64,000 nucleotides of DNA from a virus. Lineage: Duplodnaviria; Heunggongvirae; Uroviricota; Caudoviricetes. The position numbers and the translations under genes are program-made. Where the stretch lies: positions 26,742-90,741 of the IMG/VR virus record IMGVR_UViG_3300015615_001076. One strand, 5' to 3'. Below, one piece after another: positions 10,098 to 19,771 of the stretch (within the stretch, counting starts at the first letter, position 1; every line of letters starts with the position of its first letter). The notes below the pieces were generated by a model. That model did no database searches. It was given only the letters and a program-made list of their open reading frames with translations, and had not been told where the DNA came from.

Positions 10098-10454
10098 TCA
10101 TATCCCTCCAGCATCATCGTCATAAAGATGGTAGGGTTCACCCGAATCATGGTAATACGCATCCGGTGAATTCGGCTCGAACGTCGCTCGGTATTGCTGT
10201 TCGTGAATGGCTTCGGCCAAGAGCGCCGCATCGGTCTCAGCCGGTAAGTGAGCCTCCGCTTCCAAATCGGTATAGGCACCCAACAGATAGAGCTGATCTG
10301 GCCCATAGCCGTGCTCTTTTAAGAGCCGTTTCACCGCCCACCAATACACACCGAAATCACGGTAGCGGCGCGGTTCCTCCTGTAGCAGCTGCACGATAGC
10401 TTCGAGCACCGTGTCGACGTCGGGGACTGGTTCAATCGGGTCCTCGGATTCCAT
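10098..10454 (-). CDS. small highly acidic hypothetical protein (possible DNA mimic / chaperone)
   Basis: 118 aa with roughly 27 D/E against 8 K/R. The start abuts the stop of the 1840-aa gene. Confidence 0.45.
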   Translation of the reverse strand: MESEDPIEPVPDVDTVLEAIVQLLQEEPRRYRDFGVYWWAVKRLLKEHGYGPDQLYLLGAYTDLEAEAHLPAETDAALLAEAIHEQQYRATFEPNSPDAYYHDSGEPYHLYDDDAGGI

Positions 10455-10455
10455 G

Positions 10456-13400
10456 TCATCCCGTCTTTCCGAACGTCATCGGTAGCCGACTCTTGATGAC
10501 CGTCTCAAGTGCGGTCATCGGATCCTTTTTCATCGTGTGGTAGTCCGTCATCTTGTCAAGCAGCGTATGTTTCTCCTCCCACCCGATGACGTCTCGGAGT
10601 GCGTCTTGATAATAGGTGCTGGTATACCGTTTTTTGGCCTGGCGCGATGAATAGTTCCTGCCTGCTCCAAACGAGGAATTTTTCTGCTTCTCCTCCCACG
10701 CCAGCTTGACCAACGGTTCGAGATGTCGCTGGATCGGAAGGAGATAGGTCGCCTTCTCAGCGGCGGCATCTCCAGGAAAGACCTTCGCTGGCCTCCCGGC
10801 TTCGTTCAGCGCCCACAAGGCTTCCATCGTCTGCTCCGGGTCCTGATAATCCGGCTTCTCTTTCATCCGTGCACGCAACGCGTGCTGAATCTGATCCGCA
10901 TGCTGTGCAATCAACGAGGCCGGGAACATCCGGAGATGAGACGGCTGGCGGATCTTCGGAATCATTGCGGTCAGCTCATCGGCGTGGCTCACATCCATCG
11001 CGGACGAGAGTCCGCTTGCCAGGTCGTCGATGCGCACAGCGGTCGTACGGTCGTTTCTGTCATACGGTGGAGGCAGTACCCCGATTTCACGAAGCGTGAC
11101 CGAGGCTTTCGGCACATCCACGCTCACCACCCGCCACTGGCTCTCGCCCTTGGTCTTGGTAAAGAGCGGGCGATCATCCCCACCCGACATGGCAAGCGTG
11201 GCCCCCTCATACAACGGCACCCCTTGCGGCGACAGCAGCATCGGCTTGTCGATCGAGAGCATGGCCTTCTGTTCAAAATGCTCATCCTGATGGAGGTCGC
11301 GGGTCATGCGCTCCATGCGCTGTTTGAGTAAGTGCGCGGTCTTGGTCTCTTTGTTCAATAACGCCCCATAGGTCTGGCGGAGCTTCTGCAAGTGACCGAA
11401 CTGGCTGGCGGCTGCAGCCTTCTTAACCGCCCGATACTTCTCTAACTGAGCCTCTTTGTTCTTCGCCAGTTCCGCACGCGCCTGATCCGGATCATCAGCC
11501 ATCATCACGAGAAAGTCATCATGGCTCAGGCTCCCCTCAGCCGCCAAGTTCTCAATCCGATCCGCCCCATGCCAGAGCTGATCCATCCATTCTTTTTTCC
11601 CGGCGATGGTCTGATACCGGTACCCATCGAACGATTTCTTGGCGAGATAGGTATGGACGCGTACCGCCTCCAGCTTGTTCCCTTGGCGAATCCCCCGTCC
11701 GTTCCGCTGTTGCATGCTGGACGGCTCCCAGGGAAGGTCCATATGATGGATGTCGCTCGTCAGTTTTTGCAGGTTGACGCCTTCGCCCATGGTGGCCGTA
11801 TTCCCGATCACGACCCGCAATTTGCCTTGCACATAGTCGTCGGCCACACTATGGCGCTTCGCGCTGTCTTGCGCCACCTGTGCATTGATGATGCCGATTT
11901 GCTCCGCTGGCACACCGGCTTTGATAAGCTTGTCCTTGATCTTTTGATGCACCGCGATCTGATCGGCAAAGATGATCTGCCCACCGTCTTGGAGCATATC
12001 CTTGACCGTCTTGGACACGGCGTCATACTTGGGGCTGTCGAAATCCGTGACGCCTTTGACCCACTCCCCATCGAGTAAGCTCAAGTCCATGGAGGCCTTA
12101 CCCATCTTATCCATGAGGGTAAAGACATGGGCCTCACCCGTCTCTTTCGCCTTGGCGTCGAGGGCCTTGTTGCGAATCGTCGCGTAGACCTGGTGTTGAG
12201 CCTTCGTCATGTCGATGTAATGTTCCTGCACATCCTTCGTGGGGATTTTGAGTCCAACGTCTTCGGCTGTTTTCCGATAGATGTAGCGGCCCATGATGGA
12301 CCGCAGTTCGTTCATGTTCTTGAAGCCCGTGACCACCGACGACATCACAATCTCGCCGTTCGTATCGAGTACCGGCTTGATGGCCGTCTCACAGTAGCGG
12401 TCAATGAAGTCTTCGGCATGTCGGATGCCGCGCTGTGAGAACGCTTCCGGCGCGATATGCGCCAGCATGGAATAGACTTCCAAGGGGGAATTTTTGGTAG
12501 GGGTCGCTGTTAATGCAAACACCCCTCGACCGTTATTGTTCTCACGCACGAAGCGGCATTTATGCTCCATATCCATCGCCCGCTTGGCAAAACCAGATCC
12601 GCCGAGAAACTTGGGTTTTCCGCCGAAGCGACTGCGGGCCTCGTACAGGTTTTTATAGCTATGAAATTCATCTCCTATGATGCAATCCACCCCCAGATCA
12701 TTGAAGTAGATCGCATTGGTCCTCGACCGGAAGTCTTTGTTGGCCATCGCTTGCTGGTACTGTTCGCGGATCTCCCGCACTTCCCGGCGCGTGCCTTCTT
12801 CGAGTTGATCGGCCCGTTGCACCCAGAAATCCGACTCGATGTATTCCCCGCGTTTGATCGGGTCGAGCGTGATTTCGTTGAAGGCCGGTTGCGTCACCAA
12901 CACATAATCAAAGGACTCTTGCGTGAGCTGATGCCACTTCTTGTGGCGTTCCTTCGGATCGTCTGCCGTCGCTTTCAACTTCCCATCTTTCCCTCGGCTG
13001 TGTGTTTCGCCAATGACCAATACCTTCGACCCCGGCATAAATGCCTCGATTTCCGAGACCCAGTTGGCGGTAAGCGATTTCGGCACCACGATAATGGGAC
13101 GCTGAATCTTGCCGTCCTGCTTCAGCGACTTGACGAGGGCAATGGCCATCGGCGTCTTCCCGACCCCAACGTCATAACTGATAATCCCCTTCCCCTCTTC
13201 CTTCGCCCAGCGCAGCGCCGGATGCTGATAGGCATTGAGCGCCCGATCGGGATTCCAGCCCGGTATCTTCACCGGCTGATCGCCATACCGCTTGGGTTTG
13301 TAGCTGTTATAGAGTCGGTTGTAGGTGTCCTCGATCGACGACCGATGGGGAGAGGTCGCCAGCCAATTCTTAAAGTCTTCCTCACGCTCAGGGATACGCT

Positions 13401-15978
13401 TCCATTCATGCTCGGTCATGCGCAGGCGGTTCAGGTAGTCGGTGTAGACGCTATCGAGGTACGCGTTCCCGCCTATGTTCTTGATGGTATAGACGCCATC
13501 GTGAAACGTGACGGCATAGTTTGGCGGGCGTGTGTCGCTCCCATGCTGATGCGCGATCGCGTTGAAATAGTCGGCTAAGACGGTCGTCGGAATCCATCCG
13601 GCGCGTAACGAGACTTCGAACTCCTCCAAGGTTTTTGGCTGAATGGCCTCGTCCAACCACCCGACTTGCTCTTGGAGCTTGTGCTTGAGCGGCCCTTCCG
13701 GAGTGCGCTCCAATGCCGCCGCAACGGCATCGCGCTTGGGGTACAACTCGCCCGACGTGAAATCTTCCCGCAAGACCCATTCTGTGCCGTCCACGTTGAC
13801 CGCATAGCGGTCCGACCCCATCAGGCGTTGGAGGATTTCGTTCCGGACCTCGTCGGTCGTCGCGCCATCCCAGCTCACTGCAAGCTGGTCCACCGTGACG
13901 AATCGCCCGTCCCCGTCCAGCAAGCGCCGCACCACCGCGTCAAAATCTTTGGTATCCAACCCTTGGTGCGTGCTTGAAAAGAGTGTGCCGTCAACCAGAT
14001 CGGACGGCTTCCCGTTGGCGTTGAGCGCCACAATCAGCGGATAGAATCGTGGATCCCGCTCCGCCAGCGCGACCAAGGTCTTATCTTGCAGCGGGAGACC
14101 GAATTCCTTGGCAAACTCCAGCACCTCGTCTTTGATGAGCCGGTCGGACGCCTGTCTGCCTTGCGCCGCTGCATCGGCCAGGTATTTCAGTCGTTGCCCC
14201 AAATCCAGCGCACGACCTTCCTTGCTGGTCGGAGCGTACTGCAGGTCGTCGAGGTCCTCAGCACGGTGCCATCGACGGGGATTCCCTTGGAGCACATATA
14301 AGGTCCCGTTCACCAGCTTGGTGGTGCCGTCTGGTAAGTCCGGATAGGGATTCTTCCTCGACGCGCCATTCAGGCGCTTCACGAAATCAGGCTGCTCGTC
14401 GAAGTGTGCGGCAATCTCCTCAAAGGTCTTGGGACCATGCGTCGATTGATCGAGCGGCGACAGCGCAATCGCCGCCGGCACCCCATCCATTTCACCCGAC
14501 ACATCCAGACCGCCGCGCCAATTGGCTTGGGCGGTGCCGTGGAGATAGCCCCGTCCACTAACCTCCAGAATCTGCCCGTCCAGCCACGGACGGTCCCAAA
14601 CGCCCAACGCTCGCAAATCCACTGGCTCATCGATCACACCGAGTGCTCCGGCGACTGCCTGTGGCCGTTTTCGCAGCACCAAGACATCGGTGACCACGCC
14701 GGTTCCTGAATGCTTGAAGGCCGTATTGGGCATCCGATGCACACCCAGGACTTCGGCTTTTTTCATCACCTGTTCGCGAAACGATCGGCTGGATGGATTG
14801 GTCGAAAGGCCATGGGGCACGACGAGACAGACCACGCCTCCATCTTTGGTCTTATCCAAGGCGGTATCAACAAAATACTCTTCGGCGGTTCCGAGATCGG
14901 GCTTGTCCTGGGCGGCAATCGCGCCCCGCACGCCAAAGGGCACATTGCCGATCACGGCGTCGTATTTGATCGGATCAGCCGTAACGAAATGCTCCAACGC
15001 CAGGTTCACGACTGCATCATCCGGATGCAGAACCGCATTGATCGCTGAGGAAGTCCGGTCCCATTCCACGGCGGTCATTTTAATCCCGGCTGGCTTGGTT
15101 TCCTGGAAAACCCCACTCCCTGCACACGGCTCCAGCACATGCCCCGTAGAGAGTCCGAGCGTGGACAAGATCTTCCACATCGCTGCCGCGACGGCAGGCG
15201 GCGTGTAGTATTCGTTCAGACTGTCCCCGATGCCGCCGTTCCCTGAATAGGCGGCGAGGGTCTTCCGCCAATCCTTCGCAGTTCGATGCAGTGTGCGGAT
15301 TTGCTCTTGTGCGGTGAGCGGTCGGTTGTTCTCTCCGGTCACCCGATCCTTGACCTGATCAATGAGTGCGACGGCCTGCGCATTGGCTTTCTTCCGTGTG
15401 CTCGCGGACCAACCGGATTGTGCCCCAAACGCAGGCAGGTGTGTTTCAATCAAGGCCCAGTCGTCAGCGTAGCTCAAGCCAACGTCAGATTTGTTTGTAG
15501 TGGGTTCCTTCTCATCCAGGTTGGCGGTTGCCCGCACAGAATCTGTGAGATCGAGCAATCCTACAGGTATCTGCATCACATTGCCGTTTGCCAATTTTAC
15601 GGGATATGACGACGGACCGATCTTGGGAGTTTCGATGGGGCCATCGATCACACCGTTCATGAAGGGCTTGCCAATCTTTGCAATGACGGAAGCTCCAACC
15701 GGAAAAACAGAACCCTGTTTATCTGTGCCGTCAGGCACCTCTCTCGTACTTGATTCAGTGACGCGAATCTCTTCCCGTTTTTGTGCCACATCTTGTCGCA
15801 CGGTCGCTCGTTCTGCAGGCGGCGTGTCGAGCATGGTGAACAGCCCGAGCTGTGAGGCGGGTTCGCGCTTGTCCAGATGCTCTGGCACAAAAGTGCCCTG
15901 TTTGGTCGTGTAGGCACTCACCCGTCGGGCTTTAAAGAACAGTCGCAGTCGATCAAGCATGGAGAGATTCCGCCTCAT
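10456..15978 (-). CDS. polyvalent protein (1840 aa): N6-adenine-type DNA methyltransferase fused to SNF2-family helicase
   Basis: N-terminal KDGTFV motif. MTase motif I LEPCAGSGVF and motif IV GNVPFG. SNF2 motifs DEFH, LTATPTKNSPLEVYSMLAHI and QQRNGRGIRQGN. Architecture resembles DarB-like antirestriction proteins. Confidence 0.85.
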   Translation of the reverse strand: MRRNLSMLDRLRLFFKARRVSAYTTKQGTFVPEHLDKREPASQLGLFTMLDTPPAERATVRQDVAQKREEIRVTESSTREVPDGTDKQGSVFPVGASVIAKIGKPFMNGVIDGPIETPKIGPSSYPVKLANGNVMQIPVGLLDLTDSVRATANLDEKEPTTNKSDVGLSYADDWALIETHLPAFGAQSGWSASTRKKANAQAVALIDQVKDRVTGENNRPLTAQEQIRTLHRTAKDWRKTLAAYSGNGGIGDSLNEYYTPPAVAAAMWKILSTLGLSTGHVLEPCAGSGVFQETKPAGIKMTAVEWDRTSSAINAVLHPDDAVVNLALEHFVTADPIKYDAVIGNVPFGVRGAIAAQDKPDLGTAEEYFVDTALDKTKDGGVVCLVVPHGLSTNPSSRSFREQVMKKAEVLGVHRMPNTAFKHSGTGVVTDVLVLRKRPQAVAGALGVIDEPVDLRALGVWDRPWLDGQILEVSGRGYLHGTAQANWRGGLDVSGEMDGVPAAIALSPLDQSTHGPKTFEEIAAHFDEQPDFVKRLNGASRKNPYPDLPDGTTKLVNGTLYVLQGNPRRWHRAEDLDDLQYAPTSKEGRALDLGQRLKYLADAAAQGRQASDRLIKDEVLEFAKEFGLPLQDKTLVALAERDPRFYPLIVALNANGKPSDLVDGTLFSSTHQGLDTKDFDAVVRRLLDGDGRFVTVDQLAVSWDGATTDEVRNEILQRLMGSDRYAVNVDGTEWVLREDFTSGELYPKRDAVAAALERTPEGPLKHKLQEQVGWLDEAIQPKTLEEFEVSLRAGWIPTTVLADYFNAIAHQHGSDTRPPNYAVTFHDGVYTIKNIGGNAYLDSVYTDYLNRLRMTEHEWKRIPEREEDFKNWLATSPHRSSIEDTYNRLYNSYKPKRYGDQPVKIPGWNPDRALNAYQHPALRWAKEEGKGIISYDVGVGKTPMAIALVKSLKQDGKIQRPIIVVPKSLTANWVSEIEAFMPGSKVLVIGETHSRGKDGKLKATADDPKERHKKWHQLTQESFDYVLVTQPAFNEITLDPIKRGEYIESDFWVQRADQLEEGTRREVREIREQYQQAMANKDFRSRTNAIYFNDLGVDCIIGDEFHSYKNLYEARSRFGGKPKFLGGSGFAKRAMDMEHKCRFVRENNNGRGVFALTATPTKNSPLEVYSMLAHIAPEAFSQRGIRHAEDFIDRYCETAIKPVLDTNGEIVMSSVVTGFKNMNELRSIMGRYIYRKTAEDVGLKIPTKDVQEHYIDMTKAQHQVYATIRNKALDAKAKETGEAHVFTLMDKMGKASMDLSLLDGEWVKGVTDFDSPKYDAVSKTVKDMLQDGGQIIFADQIAVHQKIKDKLIKAGVPAEQIGIINAQVAQDSAKRHSVADDYVQGKLRVVIGNTATMGEGVNLQKLTSDIHHMDLPWEPSSMQQRNGRGIRQGNKLEAVRVHTYLAKKSFDGYRYQTIAGKKEWMDQLWHGADRIENLAAEGSLSHDDFLVMMADDPDQARAELAKNKEAQLEKYRAVKKAAAASQFGHLQKLRQTYGALLNKETKTAHLLKQRMERMTRDLHQDEHFEQKAMLSIDKPMLLSPQGVPLYEGATLAMSGGDDRPLFTKTKGESQWRVVSVDVPKASVTLREIGVLPPPYDRNDRTTAVRIDDLASGLSSAMDVSHADELTAMIPKIRQPSHLRMFPASLIAQHADQIQHALRARMKEKPDYQDPEQTMEALWALNEAGRPAKVFPGDAAAEKATYLLPIQRHLEPLVKLAWEEKQKNSSFGAGRNYSSRQAKKRYTSTYYQDALRDVIGWEEKHTLLDKMTDYHTMKKDPMTALETVIKSRLPMTFGKTG

Positions 15979-17314
15979 GGATCGAAGCGGTTAAGCGATC
16001 GAGGTAGGCCTGATGCGTATCGCGTTTGGCGAGCAGCACGCCGCGTTCAGCGGTGCCAAGGTCCGGAGACGTCAGGTCCCAGTCCAGCGTCTCAATGGAT
16101 TTGAGCAGCGCGGTGTGAACCTGATAGGCACGGTGAAGCGGTGTTACGCCCTGGGACGGGCGAGATGGGAGTCCAAGGCTTGGAGGATCTTGTCGTTCCG
16201 GGTTTCCTCCATCTGATCGAACGCGTGCGCGGTCTGTTCCGAGAGGGGCACGGTTCCCGTCGAGGGCTTTGCCAAAGCTGGGCGGTTCGCTGCGCTCCTG
16301 AAGAGCAGCTTGCTCATTTTTTTCAACATCGGTGCTGTACCTCCGCCAGTGCGTGACCCGTGGATCCTGCTTGACCTGATTGTAGGTCTCTTCCGGTCTT
16401 CCGTCAACGGTCTTGGCGATGTAGCTGGGAGGGACAAACCGACCAGACCGGCGAAACCGCTGGACCGCCCGCGCACAGGATTGTTCAATCGGGAGATGGG
16501 CATACAGAATCGAGATTTCATAGCCGAGCATATGAAACCGCTCGACCATCCTTTTGACCTTGCCATCATTCGCCCCGGTGATATCGAGTAAGACATGGTG
16601 GTTGGCCTGCAACGCCTTGGGCAGAAGTTGGCCTTCGGCGATATCGCTGGATTCTTCATGGACCAAGCCGGCATTGCGGCCGTTGTATTCCGGCAGCCGC
16701 TCTTTCACATCATCGGCATTGATCACCGTGAACTCCACGCCCAGTTCTTTGGCCGCCGGCTGAAGTGCCGAGGTCTTCCCGGACGCTGGGGCACCTAACA
16801 GAATGACCGCGTGGGGACGTTGCCCTTCAGAGACAGCCGCTCGCGGATTGAACATGGCCCCCAGAATACTGTCATGGAGCTGCGCCCGTTCGGGATCATA
16901 GGTGCCGTCCGATTGGCGATAGAGATGATGCGTCGATGTCCCGGCTGACACTTCACGCATCGCTTGCTGGATATCTGGTTCCTGCTCGATCGTATGCAGC
17001 CAGGCTTCTAACATCCCTGGCTTCGCTGGCTCGACCTCGGCAACCGGGGGCCGTTCGGTTTGCAGGGGGTCGTCGTGATGAGCAGATTGTTCTTGGTCTA
17101 CCGTCTTCTTCGGGTCTTTCGCCTGTGCGAACTCTTGCTGCGCCTTGGTGCGTGAGTCCTCATGCTCCTGGACCATCGCCGTCTTACCGGACTTGGACCG
17201 GCGCTGATAGGTCTTCACATGCGATTTCACGAAGGTCCCGTCCTTACGTCGATAGCCCGACACATAGTCCTTCCCAAACACCATGCGGAGCATCGACCGG
17301 GCCATCTTCATCAT
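15953..17314 (-). CDS. Zeta-toxin-like P-loop kinase domain protein with polyvalent-type N-terminal motif
   Basis: N-terminal 'GYRRKDGTFVKSHV' motif. Walker A LLGAPASGKTS, then 'DITGAN' and 'LYAHLPIEQSCARAVQRF' segments typical of the Zeta-toxin / AAA_33 kinase fold. Confidence 0.6.
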   Translation of the reverse strand: MMKMARSMLRMVFGKDYVSGYRRKDGTFVKSHVKTYQRRSKSGKTAMVQEHEDSRTKAQQEFAQAKDPKKTVDQEQSAHHDDPLQTERPPVAEVEPAKPGMLEAWLHTIEQEPDIQQAMREVSAGTSTHHLYRQSDGTYDPERAQLHDSILGAMFNPRAAVSEGQRPHAVILLGAPASGKTSALQPAAKELGVEFTVINADDVKERLPEYNGRNAGLVHEESSDIAEGQLLPKALQANHHVLLDITGANDGKVKRMVERFHMLGYEISILYAHLPIEQSCARAVQRFRRSGRFVPPSYIAKTVDGRPEETYNQVKQDPRVTHWRRYSTDVEKNEQAALQERSEPPSFGKALDGNRAPLGTDRARVRSDGGNPERQDPPSLGLPSRPSQGVTPLHRAYQVHTALLKSIETLDWDLTSPDLGTAERGVLLAKRDTHQAYLDRLTASIHEAESLHA

Positions 17315-17835
17315 CGCGGCACCTCAACCCGCATCACAACCTCGTCCCGCAGCGTCGCATTGTTGTTCAACGTGCTAAACGCCGAGAGTTCATATTTTTC
17401 GCCATCGACGCCACCCGTCGCCCACACTTGGACGGCGCGTCGACCTGGAGCCACCACAACCGTGGCCTCTTTCAGCACCGCGTTCGTAGCGCCTGGTTGA
17501 TACGACACCGACACGTTGGTTGAACGGCTGTATCGACCTGGACGCACTAAGGTGGCGACATACGGACCACTGCCATCGATCGATTGCACGTAGACGGTTT
17601 CGTGCGTCGTCCCGTCTTCATCCAAGACCAGCTTGGCCCCGGCGAGCACGTTGATGGTCAATGTCATCGTGTTCTCACCGGCGGTATAAGGTGCCGCGAG
17701 GGTCGTGAGGAGTGCGTCCATCACCCGAAAGGCCGAGGCGGCTCCACTCTGAATCAACAGTCCAGTTGGGAGCTTGCCGAGGAAGCGGAATTCAACGGGA
17801 TAGTCTTCTGTCGGATGCTTAGTGAACGACTGCAT
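17311..17835 (-). CDS. hypothetical protein (174 aa), beta-rich
   Basis: ORF translationally coupled to the neighbours. No diagnostic motif. Confidence 0.4.
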   Translation of the reverse strand: MQSFTKHPTEDYPVEFRFLGKLPTGLLIQSGAASAFRVMDALLTTLAAPYTAGENTMTLTINVLAGAKLVLDEDGTTHETVYVQSIDGSGPYVATLVRPGRYSRSTNVSVSYQPGATNAVLKEATVVVAPGRRAVQVWATGGVDGEKYELSAFSTLNNNATLRDEVVMRVEVPR

Positions 17836-18036
17836 TTAGCTCGCCACCAGGGAGGGTGTGCCGACTGCCCCGTCGTTGATGCTCATGGGGCGTGGCATAT
17901 GCGCTCGACGGGTCAACTCCGCTTGGATCGTTTTTTGGACAGTACGAATCCGTTGTTTCTCTTCTTCAAGTGCATTGACCAGTTGCTCTAGCTCAAGTGC
18001 GGACAAACTGTTGAAGTCACAGGAGACAATGTCCAT
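17836..18036 (-). CDS. small coiled-coil protein
   Basis: 66-aa ORF, LEQLVNALEEEKQRIRTVQKTIQAEL. Confidence 0.3.
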   Translation of the reverse strand: MDIVSCDFNSLSALELEQLVNALEEEKQRIRTVQKTIQAELTRRAHMPRPMSINDGAVGTPSLVAS

Positions 18037-18040
18037 ACAC

Positions 18041-18529
18041 CTACCACCAGGACTTTCGAATCAATCGTGATAGAAACGACCCCTGTGGACGTATCTGAAT
18101 ACCGGGAGGCCCTACGTCGTGCACACGAGAAGTATCCTGAATGATCGTATGCTTGCCGACTAACGCCTCTTCCATCCGATCGATCTCCTTCACCGTCGGC
18201 AACAAACCCCGTTCGTTTCGCTCTGCCTTGTACGCCACCTCGCGCAAGGCGGACGCGAGACGAGCCGCCTCCGATCGTGTAAACAGCCAGACCACTTTGT
18301 GTTGTCCCCAATGGATAGCGGCATACCGACCGCAGGCAGCCATGCGAATTTCAGGAGACCCCTCGTTCGGCGAGGGCCGTCCTTCATCCGCATGCTGCGC
18401 CACCTTACCGAACAGATCGGCTAAGAAGTGCGCCTCGTTCGGTAGTAACACCATAGATTTCACCGGCACCTGCCAGTCAACCATGACATAGCCACTTGCA
18501 ATACCGAAGCGTCGCTCAATCAACATCGG
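18041..18529 (-). CDS. hypothetical protein
   Basis: Start taken at the internal Met (MLIERRFG) to avoid overlap with 18537..18941. Confidence 0.35.
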   Translation of the reverse strand, partial: PMLIERRFGIASGYVMVDWQVPVKSMVLLPNEAHFLADLFGKVAQHADEGRPSPNEGSPEIRMAACGRYAAIHWGQHKVVWLFTRSEAARLASALREVAYKAERNERGLLPTVKEIDRMEEALVGKHTIIQDTSRVHDVGPPGIQIRPQGSFLSRLIRKSWW

Positions 18530-18536
18530 TGTAGCC

Positions 18537-18941
18537 TTACAAGCGAAAGATCTTTGCGCTGCCTTGATCCCATTGGATCGTGATATTCCCGCCATTGGGC
18601 GCAACAGGCAAACCCGTTGCCGTATCGATATAGGCAATCAACCGGCTGGTCGCTTCCACGCCAGAATCCATGAAGATGGCAATAAACGCGCAGGCATCAC
18701 CATTCACATTCGGCAAGACCACATCATCGGCATCCATCACCCCCAAGGCCTTGGTCTTGTTGATGAGATTCCCACTGACGGCCACCCGTGCCGGTGCGCC
18801 AATGCTGGTCAAAAACTGATGGACGTCGATCTGGACGGTGTAATCCGCCGCATCCCCCAAAATGACCTTGATGTTATGCGCGTCCCAATCAAGGTCACCG
18901 CCTGCAAACCCTTCCCGACCTAACCCGTACAAACTATTCAT
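18537..18941 (-). CDS. hypothetical protein (134 aa)
   Basis: ORF between the repeat protein and 18041..18529. Confidence 0.4.
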   Translation of the reverse strand: MNSLYGLGREGFAGGDLDWDAHNIKVILGDAADYTVQIDVHQFLTSIGAPARVAVSGNLINKTKALGVMDADDVVLPNVNGDACAFIAIFMDSGVEATSRLIAYIDTATGLPVAPNGGNITIQWDQGSAKIFRL

Positions 18942-18960
18942 GACGCACTCCTCCTCTGCT

Positions 18961-19488
18961 TCACACGCTCACGACTGGTGCAAACTCTGGCGCAACATTC
19001 ACTGTTGGCACACCCACCGCCTCTCCCCACTCCACGCTGGGTGGTCGTATGGGCGGCACACCTTTCACCAGGACCGGACTCGGCACGAGTTCTCCGCTGC
19101 CGATACCCAAGGCCACCACATAGCGATAGACCGAGATCGCTCCAACCTGTTCGCCCGATCCGATGCTGGGAGGCGCGATCGTGACGGGTCCAGGCTGCAC
19201 CGTGGGTTGTCCGACATACCCGCCATCGATGCCCAGCACCGACACCACCCGCTCTCTGAGCAGACTGGGCAGGCCGATCGCTTCGCCGGACGGGATGCCT
19301 CCCACTACAATGGGGTAGTTCGCCAGAACGGTCGGCGTACCGACGGACTCGTTGGACAGAATCCCAGCCACACCCACTGTGGCAGTCGGCACAATGGTCG
19401 GAGTCCCAACCGCTTCCCCGCTGGGAATGCCCGTGGGGGAGATCGCCTGCGCCTGCCCCCACCAAAAAGACAGCCATCCGCCTAACAT
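18961..19488 (-). CDS. fibre-like repeat protein (GxPTV / IPSGEAVG repeats)
   Basis: About 8 degenerate repeats of G(I/V)xSGE(A/Q)VG(T/V)PT(V/I). The alternative frame 18938..19501 has no such structure. Confidence 0.45.
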   Translation of the reverse strand: MLGGWLSFWWGQAQAISPTGIPSGEAVGTPTIVPTATVGVAGILSNESVGTPTVLANYPIVVGGIPSGEAIGLPSLLRERVVSVLGIDGGYVGQPTVQPGPVTIAPPSIGSGEQVGAISVYRYVVALGIGSGELVPSPVLVKGVPPIRPPSVEWGEAVGVPTVNVAPEFAPVVSV

Positions 19489-19497
19489 GTTGTGACC

Positions 19498-19770
19498 TCA
19501 TGGCTCACGTGGCGCCGGCTCTTTGAGCTTCGCCTTCAACGTCTCGTTCTCAGCCGTCACCAGTTTCAACTTCTGTTGCAGAACGCTATTGAACGCATGC
19601 GCCTGGGCCAGTTGCTGCTCCACCGTTGCGCGATGCTCGTAGAGCACTTGGTTATGCAGGCTCTTCACTAAGAGCTGCTCCGGACAACTGGGCGCTGGCT
19701 CAGCGGCCAGCGCAGGACTCGCGATTAGCAGCAACGCAACGAACAGACCAAGCATGGTGCACCCTTTCAT
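19498..19770 (-). CDS. small secreted coiled-coil protein
   Basis: Signal peptide MLGLFVALLLIASPALAAEP, then a heptad coiled coil. Confidence 0.45.
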   Translation of the reverse strand: MKGCTMLGLFVALLLIASPALAAEPAPSCPEQLLVKSLHNQVLYEHRATVEQQLAQAHAFNSVLQQKLKLVTAENETLKAKLKEPAPREP

Positions 19771-19771
19771 G

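Noticed and set aside
12562-13578. Long plus-strand ORFs inside minus-strand genes (e.g. 12562..13578, 32077..33345, 57814..58773, 36574..37311, 7573..7968).
   Set aside because: They are antisense to strongly supported genes with helicase, terminase or SbcC motifs and have low-complexity, Arg-rich compositions typical of spurious ORFs in high-GC DNA.
18938-19501. Alternative 187-aa frame over the repeat protein.
   Set aside because: The 18961..19488 frame shows a regular peptide repeat. The other frame is Arg/Gly-rich without structure.
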